The notes beneath the pieces were generated by a model. It saw only the letters and a program-made list of their open reading frames with translations, did no database searches and was not told where the DNA came from. Both the position numbers and the translations under genes were made by a program. A DNA stretch of 64,000 nt from a virus: the IMG/VR virus record IMGVR_UViG_3300009165_000006, one strand, 5' to 3'. Shown one piece after another: positions 45,521-54,240 of this stretch (its first letter is position 1; each line of letters starts with the position of its first letter).

Positions 45521-46643
45521 GGTTCCTCGGGAACTCCGAGTACCTTTCCAAATTCTTCGCCGCATTCTCATCTCGATCATGAATAGCTCCACATCCTTCA
45601 CAAACCCACTCTCTCACAGAAAGAGCCAGCTGCGGCCGTTTAAGGCCGCAGCTGGTACATATCTTCGAGGATGGGAACCATCGATCAGCTACTTCTAGCT
45701 TAGATCCATACCAAGTGGTCTTGTAGGAAAGTAGCCTCTTACTTTCAAACCACCCTTGGTCCAAGATCGACCGAGAAAGGTGAGGATTCTTACTCATTCC
45801 ACGAATACCAAGGTCTTCCACAACGATGGCTGACTTGGTTTTCGCCAGCCCCGTTGTGAACTTATGAAGGAAATCCCTTCGAACGTTTGCTACTCGTGAG
45901 TGAATCCTCGCTAATCTTTGAGCTGATTTCCTCCTATTTGACGAACCCTTACGCTTCCTCGAATGAGAGCGTTGAGCCCTTCTTAACCGACTTAACGCTT
46001 GTTTCAATGGATTCGGGGCATGTATCTTCGTACAGGCCCCGTCCGAAGAGACCGTAGCGAAAGTAAGAATCCCTAGATCTACCCCAGCTTTTGGTCCTTG
46101 GATAGGAATAGGATCCGTCACGACCTCAACGGTATTGACGGATACGAACCATCGATCTGCTACCCTCGAAATCGTAGCTGAAAGGATCTCCCCACTAATC
46201 CTGCCGTTGATCTTCTCTTTGGTTCGAATAGTCCCAAGCCTAGGGAGCTTAATATACCTAGTTTGTGGCTCAATTGAACCATAGAGACGGAAGGAATCCT
46301 TTGATTTATGCTTCTTTTTGAACTTTGGGAAGCCAACTCCTTCTGATCTTCTGGACCAGAAAGCTTTGAAAGCTTTGTCAAGATCACGAAGAGCTTCCTG
46401 AGGGGCACACTTGGAAACCTCGTACATCCAAGGGAAGTCAGGGCCCTTGCGGGCGTTGAGGTCCCGATGTTCAGCGATGGCGTTGGTGAACTTCTCCTTA
46501 CCTTCTTGGGTTCGGAAGCGTTCGATCCTCCTTTGGAGGGACCAATTCCAAGCGAAGCGAGCCGTTCCGGCATGCTTCGCCAAGAACGTCCGAACCCGAT
46601 TGTTCGGATCTAACTCGAACTTATACGCCTTCCGAAGTTCCAT
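45399..46643 (-). CDS. tnpB: TnpB (IS200/IS605 OrfB-family RNA-guided endonuclease)
   Basis: MELRKAYKFELDPN...FLAKHAGTARFAWNW (OrfB N-terminus), RuvC-I GVDLGILTFAT, RuvC-II AIVVEDLGIRGM, Zn finger CTSCG...CEGCG, RuvC-III HDRDENAAKNL. Confidence 0.92.
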   Translation of the reverse strand: MELRKAYKFELDPNNRVRTFLAKHAGTARFAWNWSLQRRIERFRTQEGKEKFTNAIAEHRDLNARKGPDFPWMYEVSKCAPQEALRDLDKAFKAFWSRRSEGVGFPKFKKKHKSKDSFRLYGSIEPQTRYIKLPRLGTIRTKEKINGRISGEILSATISRVADRWFVSVNTVEVVTDPIPIQGPKAGVDLGILTFATVSSDGACTKIHAPNPLKQALSRLRRAQRSHSRKRKGSSNRRKSAQRLARIHSRVANVRRDFLHKFTTGLAKTKSAIVVEDLGIRGMSKNPHLSRSILDQGWFESKRLLSYKTTWYGSKLEVADRWFPSSKICTSCGLKRPQLALSVREWVCEGCGAIHDRDENAAKNLERYSEFPRNLGAFGAKKPVESPLAAERRRTLRPTSHVSLKQEVNIGVLL

Positions 46644-46706
46644 GAAGAATGGGTATCTTACACCAAGTTCAGAAAAAGTTATCGAAATTCAAGTTTGAAT
46701 AGGGTC

Positions 46707-46747
46707 GATCAACTTTGATCAGGTTTGGAGTCAACTGCTGCGACCCT
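46707..46747 (+). repeat. 41-nt element, copy B (copy A at 20599..20639)
   Basis: See copy A. Here it lies on the + strand between two minus-strand genes, just upstream of tnpB. Confidence 0.7.
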
Positions 46748-46842
46748 CGGAGGAGCCCCCAGCTCCTCCAGCTCCATTTGCTCGATAGGTTTTTCAGGAT
46801 CCCGCCTCCAAACTACATGGAATCGGAGGCTAGGAGTCAGAC

Positions 46843-47340
46843 CTAGGTCCGAGCAGCCAAAGCCCGAGCGATAAACCGTCGAGCCTCGGGGTCCGAGGGA
46901 TCGAAGGCAATCGAGGCGCGTCCGGTGATTGGCACCGGGGGTTGTACGGATTTTGAACCGCCATCAATAGCAGGCTTCTTGGCGGACTTCCCCTCCGCCT
47001 TCTTGTCAGCACTCCGGAGAGTGTAAATCGTATTCGGGGTAATTACGGCTCCAAGTGCAGCTGCCTTCTCGACGATCTGCGCAGCCGAGAGCTTGGGATA
47101 CTTTCGAATAAACGCAGACTTATTGAGGGGGTTCCCCTCAACTTTCTTGGCAGCCTTGGCGGTCTTCTTGGCAGCCTTGCCAACCTTCCCCTCCGCCTTG
47201 CGCTTGTCCGCACTTCGGAGAGTCCAGATCGTTCCTGGACTTATTTCTTCCCCCAGTTTAGCCGCTTCCTCGACGACTTCTGCAGGCTTGAGGTTGGGAA
47301 ACCTGCGGATGAACTCTGATTTGTTGAATCTTTCTCCCAT
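46843..47340 (-). CDS. Lys/Ala-rich protein with internal tandem duplication (putative DNA-binding, histone-like)
   Basis: NKSEFIRRFPNLKPAEVVEEAAKLGEEISPGTIWTLRSADKRKAEGK is repeated as NKSAFIRKYPKLSAAQIVEKAAALGAVITPNTIYTLRSADKKAEGK. K/A-rich linkers. The function is inferred only. Confidence 0.6.
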   Translation of the reverse strand: MGERFNKSEFIRRFPNLKPAEVVEEAAKLGEEISPGTIWTLRSADKRKAEGKVGKAAKKTAKAAKKVEGNPLNKSAFIRKYPKLSAAQIVEKAAALGAVITPNTIYTLRSADKKAEGKSAKKPAIDGGSKSVQPPVPITGRASIAFDPSDPEARRFIARALAART

Positions 47341-47839
47341 GTGCTTATTACTTTCTAGCCATTTAGGCTGTGGCCATCAATAGTGGATCAAAGTAGATCG
47401 AGGTACAACCTGAAAAGTACGTGCAGAGCTTGACTATCGTCAAAACCTGTAACTTCAGCCATAAGGCCCGTGAGGGATCTGTATATAAAATGAGGCATTT
47501 CGACCAAGGTAGTAGATGATAACTGTATGATAGAGCTAAGAAATGAAGCTAGTAAGGCGGACTTAAGGGTAGTTCGTTGGGGCCTACTGACTGAGAATCC
47601 TTGGACTCGGCGATGCTAGTGCGTCTAATCTCGGAAGAATTGGGTTTCAAGCGACGGCAGAGTACCTACGCAGTCAAAGCAATCGAGGGCTTCGAGACGG
47701 GCAAGCGAATACGCTCCCCCAAGGATGATTGGAGTCCATTGGTTCTAGGACTAACTTGGCCAAGCACACCTACCGCAATGAACTCACCCTGTCAGACACC
47801 AAGCGTGGTTTGCGGGTCTTGCCGATGCCACGACAGCCT

Positions 47840-47901
47840 AAAAAAGCAAAAAGCCCATCCAGCTCCGCTCTGTGGGACTGGATGGGCTTTTTGCTTTTTT
47901 T
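47840..47901. terminator. bidirectional intrinsic terminator
   Basis: A6 run, then GCAAAAAGCCCATCCAG (47846-47862), a 15-nt loop, CTGGATGGGCTTTTTGC (47878-47894), then a T7 run. Perfect 17-bp stem. Lies 3 nt after the stop of 47904..48941. Confidence 0.85.
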
Positions 47902-47903
47902 GG

Positions 47904-48941
47904 TCAACAACCCAAAGTGTCGACGATTCGGCTAATCTTCTGGACCTTGGACCGGAGCTGATCTTCGGCAGCCATTCGGGCCACGGATCGATCCTCATCG
48001 TTACCCTCGCACCACAGTTCAAGACCGTGCACGAAGATTTCGGTGTGCCACTTCCCACCTGTTTGCTTCTCGGAAAGAACAACATCCTCGTTCTGGTAGT
48101 GGCAATGAGTTGGGTTTACCGAGTGCATGGGTTGGTTCATCCATGTCGAGAACTCTGACTGTACTTTGGCTTTGCTCTTAGCGAGATCAGCATCGTCCTC
48201 ATCATCGTCATCGGACTCGTCACCCTCCTCGTCATCATCGTTCTCAGACTCATCATTCTTCCCCTCATCCTCATCAGACTCGTCGCTCATAGCTTGAAGA
48301 GCTTCTCCAAGATCTAGGGTATCATTTGAGGGGTCATCTCCGAGGATTGGGCTAATCTTCGCTTTGGTTGCTAGAGAGTACCTGCCCCTCACGGGGCAGA
48401 TGAACCGATTCTTGTGTGCCGAAAGTATATTACTTACTGAACTCCTTCGCTTGGGCATCCAACATCTCTTCTCCAGCCTAGTGCAAATCTCGCCGACGCT
48501 GAGAGTCTCAGTTCCAATGACATAGATTACCCTATCGAGTAACTTTTGAGGTTTTTCATCTTCCGACATCACAACTTCCTCCTCCACCGATACTGACACC
48601 TCTACCACAGGTGCCCGAGTATCGGAACTACTTACTGAGGTGGCGGGGCTCGTCGGGGTTAGCCCTGTCCCATTAAGCAGTTTCTTATGTTCAATCACGG
48701 CTATAGCGGTTGCCCTCCTTTCTTTCTCTTGCAACCGCCTCGCTTCAACGATTGCCAGCCTGCGGTCCGTGAACAAGCAGCTCTCGCTGGCCACGAATTC
48801 GTAATGGTCTTCAACTGAACGTACGGTCACAGGATCAGGAGGGGCATTCGTCGGCGAATGCCCTTCAGTACCAGCTTTTATGATGAAAACTGGTATGATC
48901 TGCCCCGTTCCCGCTATCCAGCGCATAGGGTGGGTAGTCAT
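47904..48941 (-). CDS. hypothetical protein with poly-acidic segment
   Basis: Track ORF 47904..48968 uses TTG. ATG at 48941 preferred, 8 nt after the TGCGTAATAA motif. Contains DESDEDEGKNDESENDDDEEGDESDDDDEDD. Confidence 0.7.
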   Translation of the reverse strand: MTTHPMRWIAGTGQIIPVFIIKAGTEGHSPTNAPPDPVTVRSVEDHYEFVASESCLFTDRRLAIVEARRLQEKERRATAIAVIEHKKLLNGTGLTPTSPATSVSSSDTRAPVVEVSVSVEEEVVMSEDEKPQKLLDRVIYVIGTETLSVGEICTRLEKRCWMPKRRSSVSNILSAHKNRFICPVRGRYSLATKAKISPILGDDPSNDTLDLGEALQAMSDESDEDEGKNDESENDDDEEGDESDDDDEDDADLAKSKAKVQSEFSTWMNQPMHSVNPTHCHYQNEDVVLSEKQTGGKWHTEIFVHGLELWCEGNDEDRSVARMAAEDQLRSKVQKISRIVDTLGC

Positions 48942-48949
48942 GCCCCGTG

Positions 48950-48959
48950 TTATTACGCA
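48950..48959 (-). promoter_or_regulatory. TGCGTAATAA start-proximal motif
   Basis: Minus strand reads TGCGTAATAA CACGGGGC ATG (ATG at 48941). Confidence 0.4.
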
Positions 48960-49055
48960 TAGATGCAAGAAAATTCAACAGAAATTGTCGAGTGGTGAAA
49001 TCTCCTACCTTGTACCCAATCGTGACCAGGCGCATCCTCGGTGTAGCCCATCTGA

Positions 49056-49541
49056 ATGGCACTCCTAGACTTCGTTCTCAGTGAAAATGAGAGCTACATC
49101 AACCGATCCTACTACCATTCGCACTGCGAAGAGCACGAAGCCTCCCGAGAGGAAGTCCTTCTGTGGCGTAAAGTGAAGGAGCTGGAAGCTATCCTTCAGA
49201 GCCTCCGACCTCAGGTTGTCAATGAGCTCCTAGCGGCTATCCCTAGGGATACTGAAAAGGTGTGGGTAAATGTCAGAAGCATGGAACTCCTGAAGAAGTA
49301 CGCTGGAGACCTAATCAGACAAGAGATCCTCTCTAGTATTGACAGCACCTACCAAGAGATCTGGGGATCAATTCAGGTCCTCTCCGACTATGACGAGGAG
49401 CCGCATACCATCTGGCTCGCGGTGGACCCAAACTTACCAGATGATGGGGTCAGCACTGAGAGAGCTTCCACGTACCTGACCCCGGTAATCGAAACTCTCC
49501 GATCTGCAATTGACCATCAGCCTGTTGAGGTGGATTCATAA
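49056..49541 (+). CDS. hypothetical protein
   Basis: 161-aa ORF, ATG start. Confidence 0.6.
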   Translation: MALLDFVLSENESYINRSYYHSHCEEHEASREEVLLWRKVKELEAILQSLRPQVVNELLAAIPRDTEKVWVNVRSMELLKKYAGDLIRQEILSSIDSTYQEIWGSIQVLSDYDEEPHTIWLAVDPNLPDDGVSTERASTYLTPVIETLRSAIDHQPVEVDS

Positions 49542-49803
49542 TTACAGTGATATTGCTCCCTTTAAAGCTCTCCAGGAAATCACTGCCCACTATGATCCTC
49601 TTCACCTCATATTGAAAGACCTTCGCCCTCAACAGGAATAGTCGAAGCTCGTTCAAGTTACTGAAGCAAGGTAGGTAGTAGCGACCTGGTGTAGTCGATT
49701 GAATGTAGATCGGCGACCCGTTTGCCCAAGGGAGTAATGCCCCGGAGAGGCTACCTCGCACTGATTTAGGTCCTTCAGTCACGCAGCAGCACCCTAGCAC
49801 CAA
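49450..49803 (-). CDS. hypothetical protein
   Basis: 117-aa ORF. Convergent 92-nt overlap with 49056..49541. Confidence 0.45.
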   Translation of the reverse strand: MVLGCCCVTEGPKSVRGSLSGALLPWANGSPIYIQSTTPGRYYLPCFSNLNELRLFLLRAKVFQYEVKRIIVGSDFLESFKGSNITVIMNPPQQADGQLQIGEFRLPGSGTWKLSQC

Positions 49804-49805
49804 TT

Positions 49806-50108
49806 ATGGATACAACGCAAATCCTAAAAGTATCGGAGAGATACAGATCAATATTTCAGCTTGCAGGAGCTACTCCTCGAAAGTGGGATACCTCTCTGAA
49901 CACTTGTCCAGGAAACCTCTGCGCTTATGATCACTGCTTTTGGATGTGCGAGGAGATTCGGAAGATGATACCAGCGAATCCGGAAAAGGCTGTTCGTTGG
50001 TTGTGCTTCGTTCAGGGCATCCTCTGGGTTTCTGGAAAATCTAGTATCGATTCTATGCGGGAGGATAATCGACTCATCCTCGGTAGTCAAGCCGACTGCC
50101 GAGGATGA
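49806..50108 (+). CDS. hypothetical protein
   Basis: 100-aa ORF, ATG start. Confidence 0.55.
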   Translation: MDTTQILKVSERYRSIFQLAGATPRKWDTSLNTCPGNLCAYDHCFWMCEEIRKMIPANPEKAVRWLCFVQGILWVSGKSSIDSMREDNRLILGSQADCRG

Positions 50109-50233
50109 GGGGGCGCATGACCCCGAAGTGGCTCAGCGTCGCTCATCACTTCGACTCCGACACAGTCCGTTCAAGGCGGTTAGCAGCCTCTGAGAGGTCT
50201 CCGTTAATGAGTTGGGCACCCGCCACGCTTCTT

Positions 50234-50269
50234 CACTACACCAAACTCAAACACGATTCTGGTGTAGTG
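50234..50269 (+). promoter_or_regulatory. 10-bp-stem hairpin upstream of the Cas-like operon
   Basis: CACTACACCA (50234-50243), a 16-nt loop, TGGTGTAGTG (50260-50269). Ends 22 nt before the GTG at 50292. Single copy in the window. Confidence 0.35.
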
Positions 50270-50291
50270 TACTGCGACGAATGAGGTGTGA

Positions 50292-51218
50292 GTGCTAGCA
50301 ACAAGAAAATGCGCATTCGACTCATGCGAGATAGAGTTCGAACCAACACATCCATACCAACAATACTGCTGTACTAGGTGCAAGGAGCGCGCTCGTTGGC
50401 ATCGTTCAGAACAGATTGAAAAATCCAAGAAACGCAGCCAAAAGTGGTACTCCGATCCGGAAAATAAGCTCAACCACAGGGTAGCTCGAAGGGGTAGACG
50501 CATGTCAGTAAAAACTGGTAGAGGTGAATGGGAGATGCCAGCCCCAATGATCGAATACCTACCGGGCGGATGCGTCCCGATTGCTATTGAGTGTGGGTAT
50601 AAGTTCGAACATTGGCAACTTGCATCACTTCACGGAATGATGAGTACGATCACTGGACCTCACTCAGCCAACAACCCAGTATTTACACTGTTTCCGTGGC
50701 ACATAGGGTGCGGATGGGCCGCGTACATTCGAGATATTGAGTTAGCCAGATCGATTGCCATGCGTACACACGTGGTCAACTTCAATGACCGTGAGCAGGA
50801 ACTCGCTCTAGGATGGCTCGTACGTGTCAAAGCACCACAGATCAAGCCAGGTGCTTGGAAACTTCGAATCACAACTATTACACCTGTGTGTTGTCGCGCA
50901 ACTGGAGGGACTTATTACATGGCTCCAACTGCGAACAACATCAAAGGGACTCTTGAGGTAAACGTTGCACGAAGGCTTGGAATAAAGACTGAGAAACACG
51001 ACGTTCAGGTCAGATTGCTTGACTCAAAAGCCTTCTTAGACAAGCTTCGACTATCTGGCAATGGCAGCAAGCTTGGTGACATTTGTGGGTGGTCTGGAAG
51101 CATCGACATTGAAGTGAATGCGCTTGGTAGGCTTCTGCTTGAATGTGCCGCCCTCGGCATGGGATTGGGAGGCAAGTTGGCGTTTGGATTTGGGCGAATC
51201 AAGGTAGAGACAATATGA
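50292..51218 (+). CDS. Cas6-like RAMP protein with N-terminal zinc-ribbon extension
   Basis: The C-terminus GMGLGGKLAFGFGRIKVETI is the glycine-rich loop typical of Cas6/RAMP C-termini. N-terminus CAFDSC...CCTRC. GTG start. First gene of a 6-gene operon. Confidence 0.55.
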   Translation: MLATRKCAFDSCEIEFEPTHPYQQYCCTRCKERARWHRSEQIEKSKKRSQKWYSDPENKLNHRVARRGRRMSVKTGRGEWEMPAPMIEYLPGGCVPIAIECGYKFEHWQLASLHGMMSTITGPHSANNPVFTLFPWHIGCGWAAYIRDIELARSIAMRTHVVNFNDREQELALGWLVRVKAPQIKPGAWKLRITTITPVCCRATGGTYYMAPTANNIKGTLEVNVARRLGIKTEKHDVQVRLLDSKAFLDKLRLSGNGSKLGDICGWSGSIDIEVNALGRLLLECAALGMGLGGKLAFGFGRIKVETI

Positions 51219-52387
51219 GGCCCTCGCCAAGTCAGCTGCTTCACAAAGCAATAGGAAGCCCGCGGGTTGACGGGTGCTCGGAGGCAAACGGTCTTTGCTA
51301 CGTTTGCGCAGGTCCTGTAGTTCGAGGAAAACCCGTTGTCGACTGGTGTACTTCAAGTTACACAGATCAGAATCGTGCGCGTTGTCCTGCAGCAATTTAC
51401 GTCTGTGAGGCATGTTGCATGCTTGCTGCACGTACTTTTCCAGTCCCTGGGCGCCCGCCAGGACAGTGTTCGGTTTGCGAGGGAACCGGAACTGTGAAAA
51501 AGATTCCTCCCAAGGGCAAAGGAAAGGCGTCCAAGATCGGAGACGCTTGCCCTAAGTGTGGTGGTACGGGCGAAGCGTCGTTCGGTGGCAACTTCCGCAA
51601 TTACAGCCACCTATATGAGGAGGGGTGGGATTCACCGTCACTTCCGGATGGAACCGTGATCCCAGGCTACCTGAACGCATCAAAGGGAGAAAAACCGATC
51701 GTGCTTAACTTCCTAAGGCGTGACCACCACGGCATGTGGTTCGCTGCAATCGCAGACAGTGGACAGAAGCATGTGGTGCATCATACACCACCGAACCTGC
51801 TCGGTCCAGGCGGAACGGTGCTGTTCGAGGAGACGCTTGTTAGCATCCCACCAGGTCTCTCGCTGGTAGACGAAATGACAGCACTTCTCACCGCTGGAGC
51901 AACAAAGGAAGAGATTCTCATCGGAGAATATAGCCAGTTCACATGGCTGCGCTTGGAGACAGCAATCCGTGAATTTGAGGGTCGTAACGCGAAGCGGCGG
52001 CATACTGGGTGGTTTCGTTTGGCGCTATGGCTATCTCAACGAGATGAGGCAGCAGTAGCTATAAGGATTGAAGCCGAGAAGGCAGCAGAGAAAGAACGTA
52101 AGGCACGGACCAAACAGAGAACCAAGGAGACTCAAAGTGTTGAAACAGGAAGAAAGAAAGCATCTCGAAACACTTCTTGTCGAGATGCTGTTATCGATCC
52201 GAGACCGGTATGTGAAGGACAAAGGGGGGAAGGTAAAGCCGGACTACCTCGAACAGATCCAAAACCGAGCCAGAACAAGTGCAGAAATGTCACCGACCAT
52301 CAATCGGTGGGTGAACGAGCTTCAAATAGACCTACAAATGCAGAGCATCGACACGTGGGGCAGCTCAGCCTCTTCAACGCTCCTTGA
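51215..52387 (+). CDS. Csf1-like (type IV Cas8-like) zinc-finger large subunit candidate
   Basis: ATGA overlap with the upstream stop. N-terminus CYVCAG...SSYTDQN...VCEACC has the Csf1-like CxxC..FTD-like..CxxC layout. Inserted DnaJ-type CSVCEGTG...CPKCGGTG. The last ~85 codons are low-complexity and overlap the next ORF. Confidence 0.45.
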   Translation: MRPSPSQLLHKAIGSPRVDGCSEANGLCYVCAGPVVRGKPVVDWCTSSYTDQNRARCPAAIYVCEACCMLAARTFPVPGRPPGQCSVCEGTGTVKKIPPKGKGKASKIGDACPKCGGTGEASFGGNFRNYSHLYEEGWDSPSLPDGTVIPGYLNASKGEKPIVLNFLRRDHHGMWFAAIADSGQKHVVHHTPPNLLGPGGTVLFEETLVSIPPGLSLVDEMTALLTAGATKEEILIGEYSQFTWLRLETAIREFEGRNAKRRHTGWFRLALWLSQRDEAAVAIRIEAEKAAEKERKARTKQRTKETQSVETGRKKASRNTSCRDAVIDPRPVCEGQRGEGKAGLPRTDPKPSQNKCRNVTDHQSVGERASNRPTNAEHRHVGQLSLFNAP

Positions 52388-52607
52388 TCTAGTAAGCTTC
52401 TGCGACGAACACTCGTGCCACAGAGAAGCGAAAATGATGGTAATTCGCGATGGTGCGTTCTTGTTTGCATTGCTCCGCAAACAGATCGAACTTCGCAAAG
52501 AAGAACGGGAGCGAGAGAAGCAGGAGCGAATCCTTGGGAAACTTACCAAGGAAGACATGTTGGCAGCAGCAGAAGAGAATGGATTGTTAGTTGAGGAAAC
52601 GGCATAA
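52137..52607 (+). CDS. Cas11-like small subunit candidate
   Basis: GTG at 52137 preceded by AAGGAGA (6-nt spacer). About 156 aa, helical and charged. Sits between the large-subunit-like and Cas7-like genes. Frame is +1 relative to the upstream ORF. Track ORF 52068..52607. Confidence 0.4.
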   Translation: MLKQEERKHLETLLVEMLLSIRDRYVKDKGGKVKPDYLEQIQNRARTSAEMSPTINRWVNELQIDLQMQSIDTWGSSASSTLLDLVSFCDEHSCHREAKMMVIRDGAFLFALLRKQIELRKEEREREKQERILGKLTKEDMLAAAEENGLLVEETA

Positions 52608-53590
52608 TGGAGACAACTCGATACATTTCGGTGGTCAGGGCAGTTCAACCGATCGCGCATCACAAGGGTAGTATCGGAAATCACGCAACGATCATGCGTG
52701 CAGCTGTAAGGCTTCCTGGCGGAGAGATCGCAGACGTGCCAGAGGGCACTGGTAACGCAGTTAGAAATCGATTACGCCGAGCTGCCGCGATCTGTTCATT
52801 GGACGCAGCTGGAATTCTGGGGGATCCCCAACTCGAACGTGGAGCGATGCGGCTGCTGTTCAACGGCGGAATGCTCACTGGAAAGGGTGATGGGACCACG
52901 ATCAACATCGATCGATGGCGCGAGCTTGTGACGCTATTCCCGTTTCTTGGGATCCTTGGGGGTTGCATCGACAATCGTACCCAAGGCGGACAACTCAATG
53001 TTGACGCACTGAAGCTCATCTGCGAGGAAAACATGCACTCGCTAAATCCATGGACGCGACAGTGGCTCAAGGATAACAATGAAGGGATCTGCGAAAGCTC
53101 CTACCTACTTGAGAAAGTTCAACGGGTGAATATGGACCCGGAGATCCTTCCCGAGAACCTGAAACTGCTTTCGGAGGGTGCGAGGTTACAAGTCTATAAC
53201 AAGCTACTAGCACAGGGTAAAGCTCACGAGGAGGGGAACGCGATCGAGGCCGCAAAAGTCAAGAGCGACATGATGCCGCATACGTTCGAGCGAATCATTC
53301 GCGGGTCATTGTTTCAACTGTCGTTCTTGTTGAGGTCTTATAACGAGCTTGAGCGAGACGCTTTCGAGTACGCCTACTCCTGCCTATTGAACAACTTCCG
53401 TTTCGGAGGAAAACAAGCATCAGAACACGGGGAACTCGAATTCCTTGCGGGTGCCAGGGTTCACTTCAAACAATACACAGGAGAGCTCGACATCGGTGAG
53501 CGAAAAGGAACCGGTGATCTGTTCCGAGCGCACGTTACCGATCACAAGGAACAGCTGGTGAACTGGTTACGGCACGAGGTAGCAGCGTGA
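52607..53590 (+). CDS. Csf2/Cas7-like RAMP backbone subunit
   Basis: Three blocks as in Csf2/Cas7: VPEGTGNAVRNRLRR (..GNslRg.lR), LLFNGGMLTGKG (L.sGG.l) and LFPFLGILGG (..P...LFGG). TAATG overlap with the upstream gene. Confidence 0.6.
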   Translation: METTRYISVVRAVQPIAHHKGSIGNHATIMRAAVRLPGGEIADVPEGTGNAVRNRLRRAAAICSLDAAGILGDPQLERGAMRLLFNGGMLTGKGDGTTINIDRWRELVTLFPFLGILGGCIDNRTQGGQLNVDALKLICEENMHSLNPWTRQWLKDNNEGICESSYLLEKVQRVNMDPEILPENLKLLSEGARLQVYNKLLAQGKAHEEGNAIEAAKVKSDMMPHTFERIIRGSLFQLSFLLRSYNELERDAFEYAYSCLLNNFRFGGKQASEHGELEFLAGARVHFKQYTGELDIGERKGTGDLFRAHVTDHKEQLVNWLRHEVAA

Positions 53591-54240
53591 ACTACGAGCC
53601 AATCAAGGTCAGCTGCAAGCTTGCCGAGGGGTTCGTAATGCGAACCCCTACCGTGTTGGATTCACTATTGGCCGCAGTGATAGCAATGCGTGAGCAGTTG
53701 CCTACTCCGATATCCGAGGACGAAATCAAAGAGATCCCAGTACCCATTGACGAAGCTGCTGGGATTCGACTGTGCTCATCGGCCATGTTTGAGATAGAGG
53801 AGACATTCGGCTCATTTCGAACACGACGCCCACCAATCGAAGAATACTGCCACTTTGGAAAGCGTGGTGGTTCCGTATCGATTGCTAGTGGCCCCGACAA
53901 GCTCTATATGATGGAGTATGACTACCAGTTCGCAGTTGACGACAAAGTGACATGGTTTGCATTGGGAGACATTGTCAGTGTACACAACTTACTGACGGAT
54001 GTATTCTACCTCGGCAAACATCGCTCAATCGGCAAAGGGCGGATCATTGAAGGCTCATGGAAGGTTGAAAGCTGTAAACCCTGGGGTGAAGGGTTTCCGG
54101 TGGTTCATAACGGCACTCCGAAGCGTCCCTTGCCGTTAGGTTGGCCTGGCGTGGCCACGACAACCAGGACCGGTTACGCAACGTTACGACCCCCCTATTG
54201 GATGTACTCTCGTGAGGAAGCCTGCTTCCTCCCAGGATAG
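53587..54240 (+). CDS. Csf3/Cas5-like RAMP subunit
   Basis: N-terminus ..RTPTVLDSLLAAVIA (LDgLL-type block) and glycine-rich loop LGKHRSIGKGRI. 217 aa. GTGA overlap with the Cas7-like gene. Confidence 0.5.
   Translation: MNYEPIKVSCKLAEGFVMRTPTVLDSLLAAVIAMREQLPTPISEDEIKEIPVPIDEAAGIRLCSSAMFEIEETFGSFRTRRPPIEEYCHFGKRGGSVSIASGPDKLYMMEYDYQFAVDDKVTWFALGDIVSVHNLLTDVFYLGKHRSIGKGRIIEGSWKVESCKPWGEGFPVVHNGTPKRPLPLGWPGVATTTRTGYATLRPPYWMYSREEACFLPG

Larger units (their letters stand above)
45250..46800 (-). mobile_element. IS605-family tnpB-only element (boundaries approximate)
   Basis: tnpB without tnpA. Candidate subterminal hairpin on the upstream side: GGAGGAGC-CCCCA-GCTCCTCC (46749-46769). Ends not defined. 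Confidence 0.45.

Noticed and set aside
47578-47716. Possible tmRNA/tRNA-like gene: GGGGCCTACTGACTGAGAATCCTTGGACTCGGCG resembles a tmRNA 5' end, and GCTCC-C-CCA at about 47708-47716 could pair with it as an acceptor stem with a G-U pair.
   Set aside because: I could not find a T-arm (GGTTCRANYCC-type loop with closing stem) next to the putative 3' end. The spacing (about 135 nt) fits neither a tRNA nor a one-piece tmRNA. There is no tag reading frame. It needs ARAGORN or tRNAscan to settle.
47601-48158. 185-aa + strand ORF.
   Set aside because: It reads through the perfect bidirectional terminator (47846-47894) and then runs antisense to 47904..48941. It uses a non-ATG start. Judged spurious.
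50660-53900. Multiple antisense or alternative-frame ORFs within the Cas-like operon (for example 51051..51431, 51713..52003, 52322..52684, 52681..53079, 53592..53900).
   Set aside because: All lie inside longer + strand ORFs that carry recognisable motifs and coupled starts. Their compositions are Ser/Arg/Pro-biased.
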